A DNA stretch of 64,000 nucleotides from Chrysomallon squamiferum (taxonomy: Eukaryota; Animalia; Mollusca): assembly GCA_012295275.1 (NCBI GenBank), contig CM022678.1:15314001-15378000 (forward strand), in the 5' to 3' direction. This document shows positions 61,502 through 64,000 of this stretch, piece by piece. The translations under genes were made by a program, and so were the position numbers. The notes under the pieces are model-generated. The model saw only the letters and a list, made by a program, of their open reading frames with translations, did no database searches and was not told the origin of the DNA. Position 1 is the stretch's first letter, and each line of letters begins with the position of its first letter.

Positions 61502-62410
61502 CTAGCAACCGCGTTGTCTGTAATACAGTTCTGATTCAGCGTATGTTGGAGGGTGCTCTCGGTATGGCGGAGGAAAGAGTGGTGACGAAACAGAGGTGCG
61601 CGCGTTGTTCCCGTGACCTGGTTTATTGCTCGCTGTTTGTAAATGTGCAGAATTAGGGTCATTCGAGTGAGATTCGATTACTACTGGGTAGTGTTCGAGT
61701 GCTGGTGCAGTTGGCGTACAACGTTCAAACTGACCGTGAAGCGACTGAGTAAAATATTTCCTGGTTTCACTGTCTATGATGTCAGCGTCTGGTTTTAACC
61801 AACGACAGCATTCATGATTACACGTGTGTTTTTCAAACACTGCTTTAATTCCTTCGAAGCCTTTGTCTAAGTCACCAAAACGCCTGTCTAACGAGTGTAC
61901 TGTTGGGTCAGACTGGGTAATGTTATTTTTGTAATTTCCTCCCTTGAGTGCGCACGCCACCAGCTGTCCGCCGGTCGCGTGGAATGTGAAATGTGTGAAA
62001 GAGTCTGCAACACTGTCATTTAACTTGGAGAAATCTCCATTTAACCTTTCTTCAATTAGAACCCAGTCATTTTCACTTAACGTGCAACCAGAAGCAACCT
62101 CGTCCATTACTGCCATCTGAGGAACTAGAGTTCGGATCTTGGTGGATGCCAGTTTTCTTAAGTTGAATTCGTTCGCCAGTTTTTGGACCGCCTGACACTT
62201 CGTTACTTCAGCAGAACAGAACTGTTCCGTCCAGGCGCCTTTCAAAGCAGTTTTGACACAAACGTTTTTATAGCCTGATGGTTCAAAGCTAGGAAACAGA
62301 TAACCTTTGAAAACCTTTTTTTGACTTCCTGTGTGCCAGATGTTCGATTTGAACGCGGCGTGTCCGAAAGGTTCCCCCGGATATACGCAGCAACACGTTG
62401 TGTTAGTCAT
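61502..62410 (-). CDS. Alpha-kinase family protein (eEF2K/MHCK/vwkA-like fold), probable pseudokinase, 302 aa
   Basis: GSQKKVFKG, VCVK, VLIEERLNGDFSK, DSFTHFTF, GGQLVACALKG, SDPTVHS, FGDLDKG and the zinc site HTCNHECC follow alpha-kinase subdomain order. A 5'UTR acceptor lies at 62416-62417. Confidence 0.85.
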   Translation of the reverse strand: MTNTTCCCVYPGEPFGHAAFKSNIWHTGSQKKVFKGYLFPSFEPSGYKNVCVKTALKGAWTEQFCSAEVTKCQAVQKLANEFNLRKLASTKIRTLVPQMAVMDEVASGCTLSENDWVLIEERLNGDFSKLNDSVADSFTHFTFHATGGQLVACALKGGNYKNNITQSDPTVHSLDRRFGDLDKGFEGIKAVFEKHTCNHECCRWLKPDADIIDSETRKYFTQSLHGQFERCTPTAPALEHYPVVIESHSNDPNSAHLQTASNKPGHGNNARTSVSSPLFPPPYREHPPTYAESELYYRQRGC

Positions 62411-62599
62411 TTCAGCTGAAAAATAAACACACTCTATATTTATTTATTTTTGATTAAAAACAAATAAAAACAATAAAAACAAAAAACAAAACAACAAATC
62501 GCTGCTAACAAAGCTTTCGCATCTGGGAAATACCAACACACAAATACTTAGAACCAGATAAAATAATCGAGTTTGAAATTCATGATTACCCGCTGGAAA

Positions 62600-62633
<34 letters not shown>

Positions 62634-63175
62634 TTTATATTTTAGAAATAAACAAATAAAAAATCAATAAAATAAAATTAACTTAAATTAAAAAAAAAAA
62701 AAACACATAATTATTGAAAAATGTATTACTTGGATATCGTAGTATTTACTGAAGTATGTATCAATCTTTAACTGTAATAATAACAATAATTGTTTAAAAA
62801 ATATAGAATAATTTAAACATACCTGATAGTTTCGTTTGTAACGCCAATCATTTAAACAAATGTCTTTAATGCTTGAAATCGCGAAAATTGTTTTATTTAT
62901 ATACAGCCGAGATGGGGAATTTCCATTATTAATGTTTACTATAGTACGCACGTGGTTTTCTAAATATAGCGACAGCGAACCTCGAATGTTTATCCTGTTT
63001 GTGATTATCAATAGAAAGTCACGCTGTCCTGACCTTTTTATTTAAATTTACCGGGTCAAACTGAACAAGAAAGTAGCTGAAACATCTAATAGTATTGTTT
63101 GTCATTAATTTCCATTCTTCTTTGGATGGAATCCAAACTTTCTGTATCTGTCATTATTAGCATTATTAGCATCAT

Positions 63176-63417
<242 letters not shown>

Positions 63418-64000
63418 TAAGTTTATTATGATCATGATTTTAATTATCATTATAATTATATTCCTCCTTATATTTATATATATATAACTACGTAATTATC
63501 CGGGCTGTGTATTACAGAACCACTCTCGTCAGCTGTTGTGGGGTGTGCGTGTGTTTAGTGATATCTTTATTTTGTGTCTGAATTAGTAAGCGTGTAAAGT
63601 TCTCAGTATCATCACATCAAAATCATTCTGTGAGTGCTATATTAGAAGTTGTGAGTAGGAAAGCACGTGGTCTGAGAAATAAACAGCGTGATGCTGACTG
63701 CGATTTAACGTCTGTTTAAGACGACATGTAAAAAAAAAATAAAGAAATAAAGATTTCGATTATCGAGATTGATTAATAAAAAATGTAATATTGGAATTAC
63801 TCAAAGCCATTATAATATAATATAATATAATATAATATAATATAATATAATATAATAAATCAGTAAAGCAGTAGACAGACAGAGAGATAAATAAATAAAT
63901 AAGCATAAACAAGATGAAAAAAAAAAAAAAAAAAAAAAAAATGAGAGAAATAACATTTAAAAATATGAAACAAATAAAAATCAAAAAATCAAATGAAAAA

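Overview
AT-rich, microsatellite-dense animal genomic DNA with spliced genes; the gene content and repeat style suggest an invertebrate, probably a mollusc (inference). Most ORF-track entries are repeat artefacts, so genes were rebuilt by hand from GT-AG exons. In order: the 3' part of SNX17 (+), POLR2K/RPB12 (-, with a U12-type intron), an Emi1/Emi2-family F-box APC/C inhibitor (+), TSEN34 (-), the Hippo/MST kinase STK3/4 (+), an intronless class A GPCR (-), an atypical mucin-like cadherin (+) with a decayed Tc1 transposase in intron 2, and a single-coding-exon alpha-kinase-like gene (-). Main points of interest: (1) Hippo has two paralogous, probably mutually exclusive exon-2 copies (G-loop GRG vs GEG) separated by G:U-rich intronic stems; (2) several introns contain tandem duplications spanning splice junctions, giving arrays of decoy acceptors; (3) the alpha-kinase lacks its catalytic Asp but carries PTAP and two PPxY motifs; (4) the SNX17-POLR2K-FBXO-STK3 linkage resembles human 8q22.
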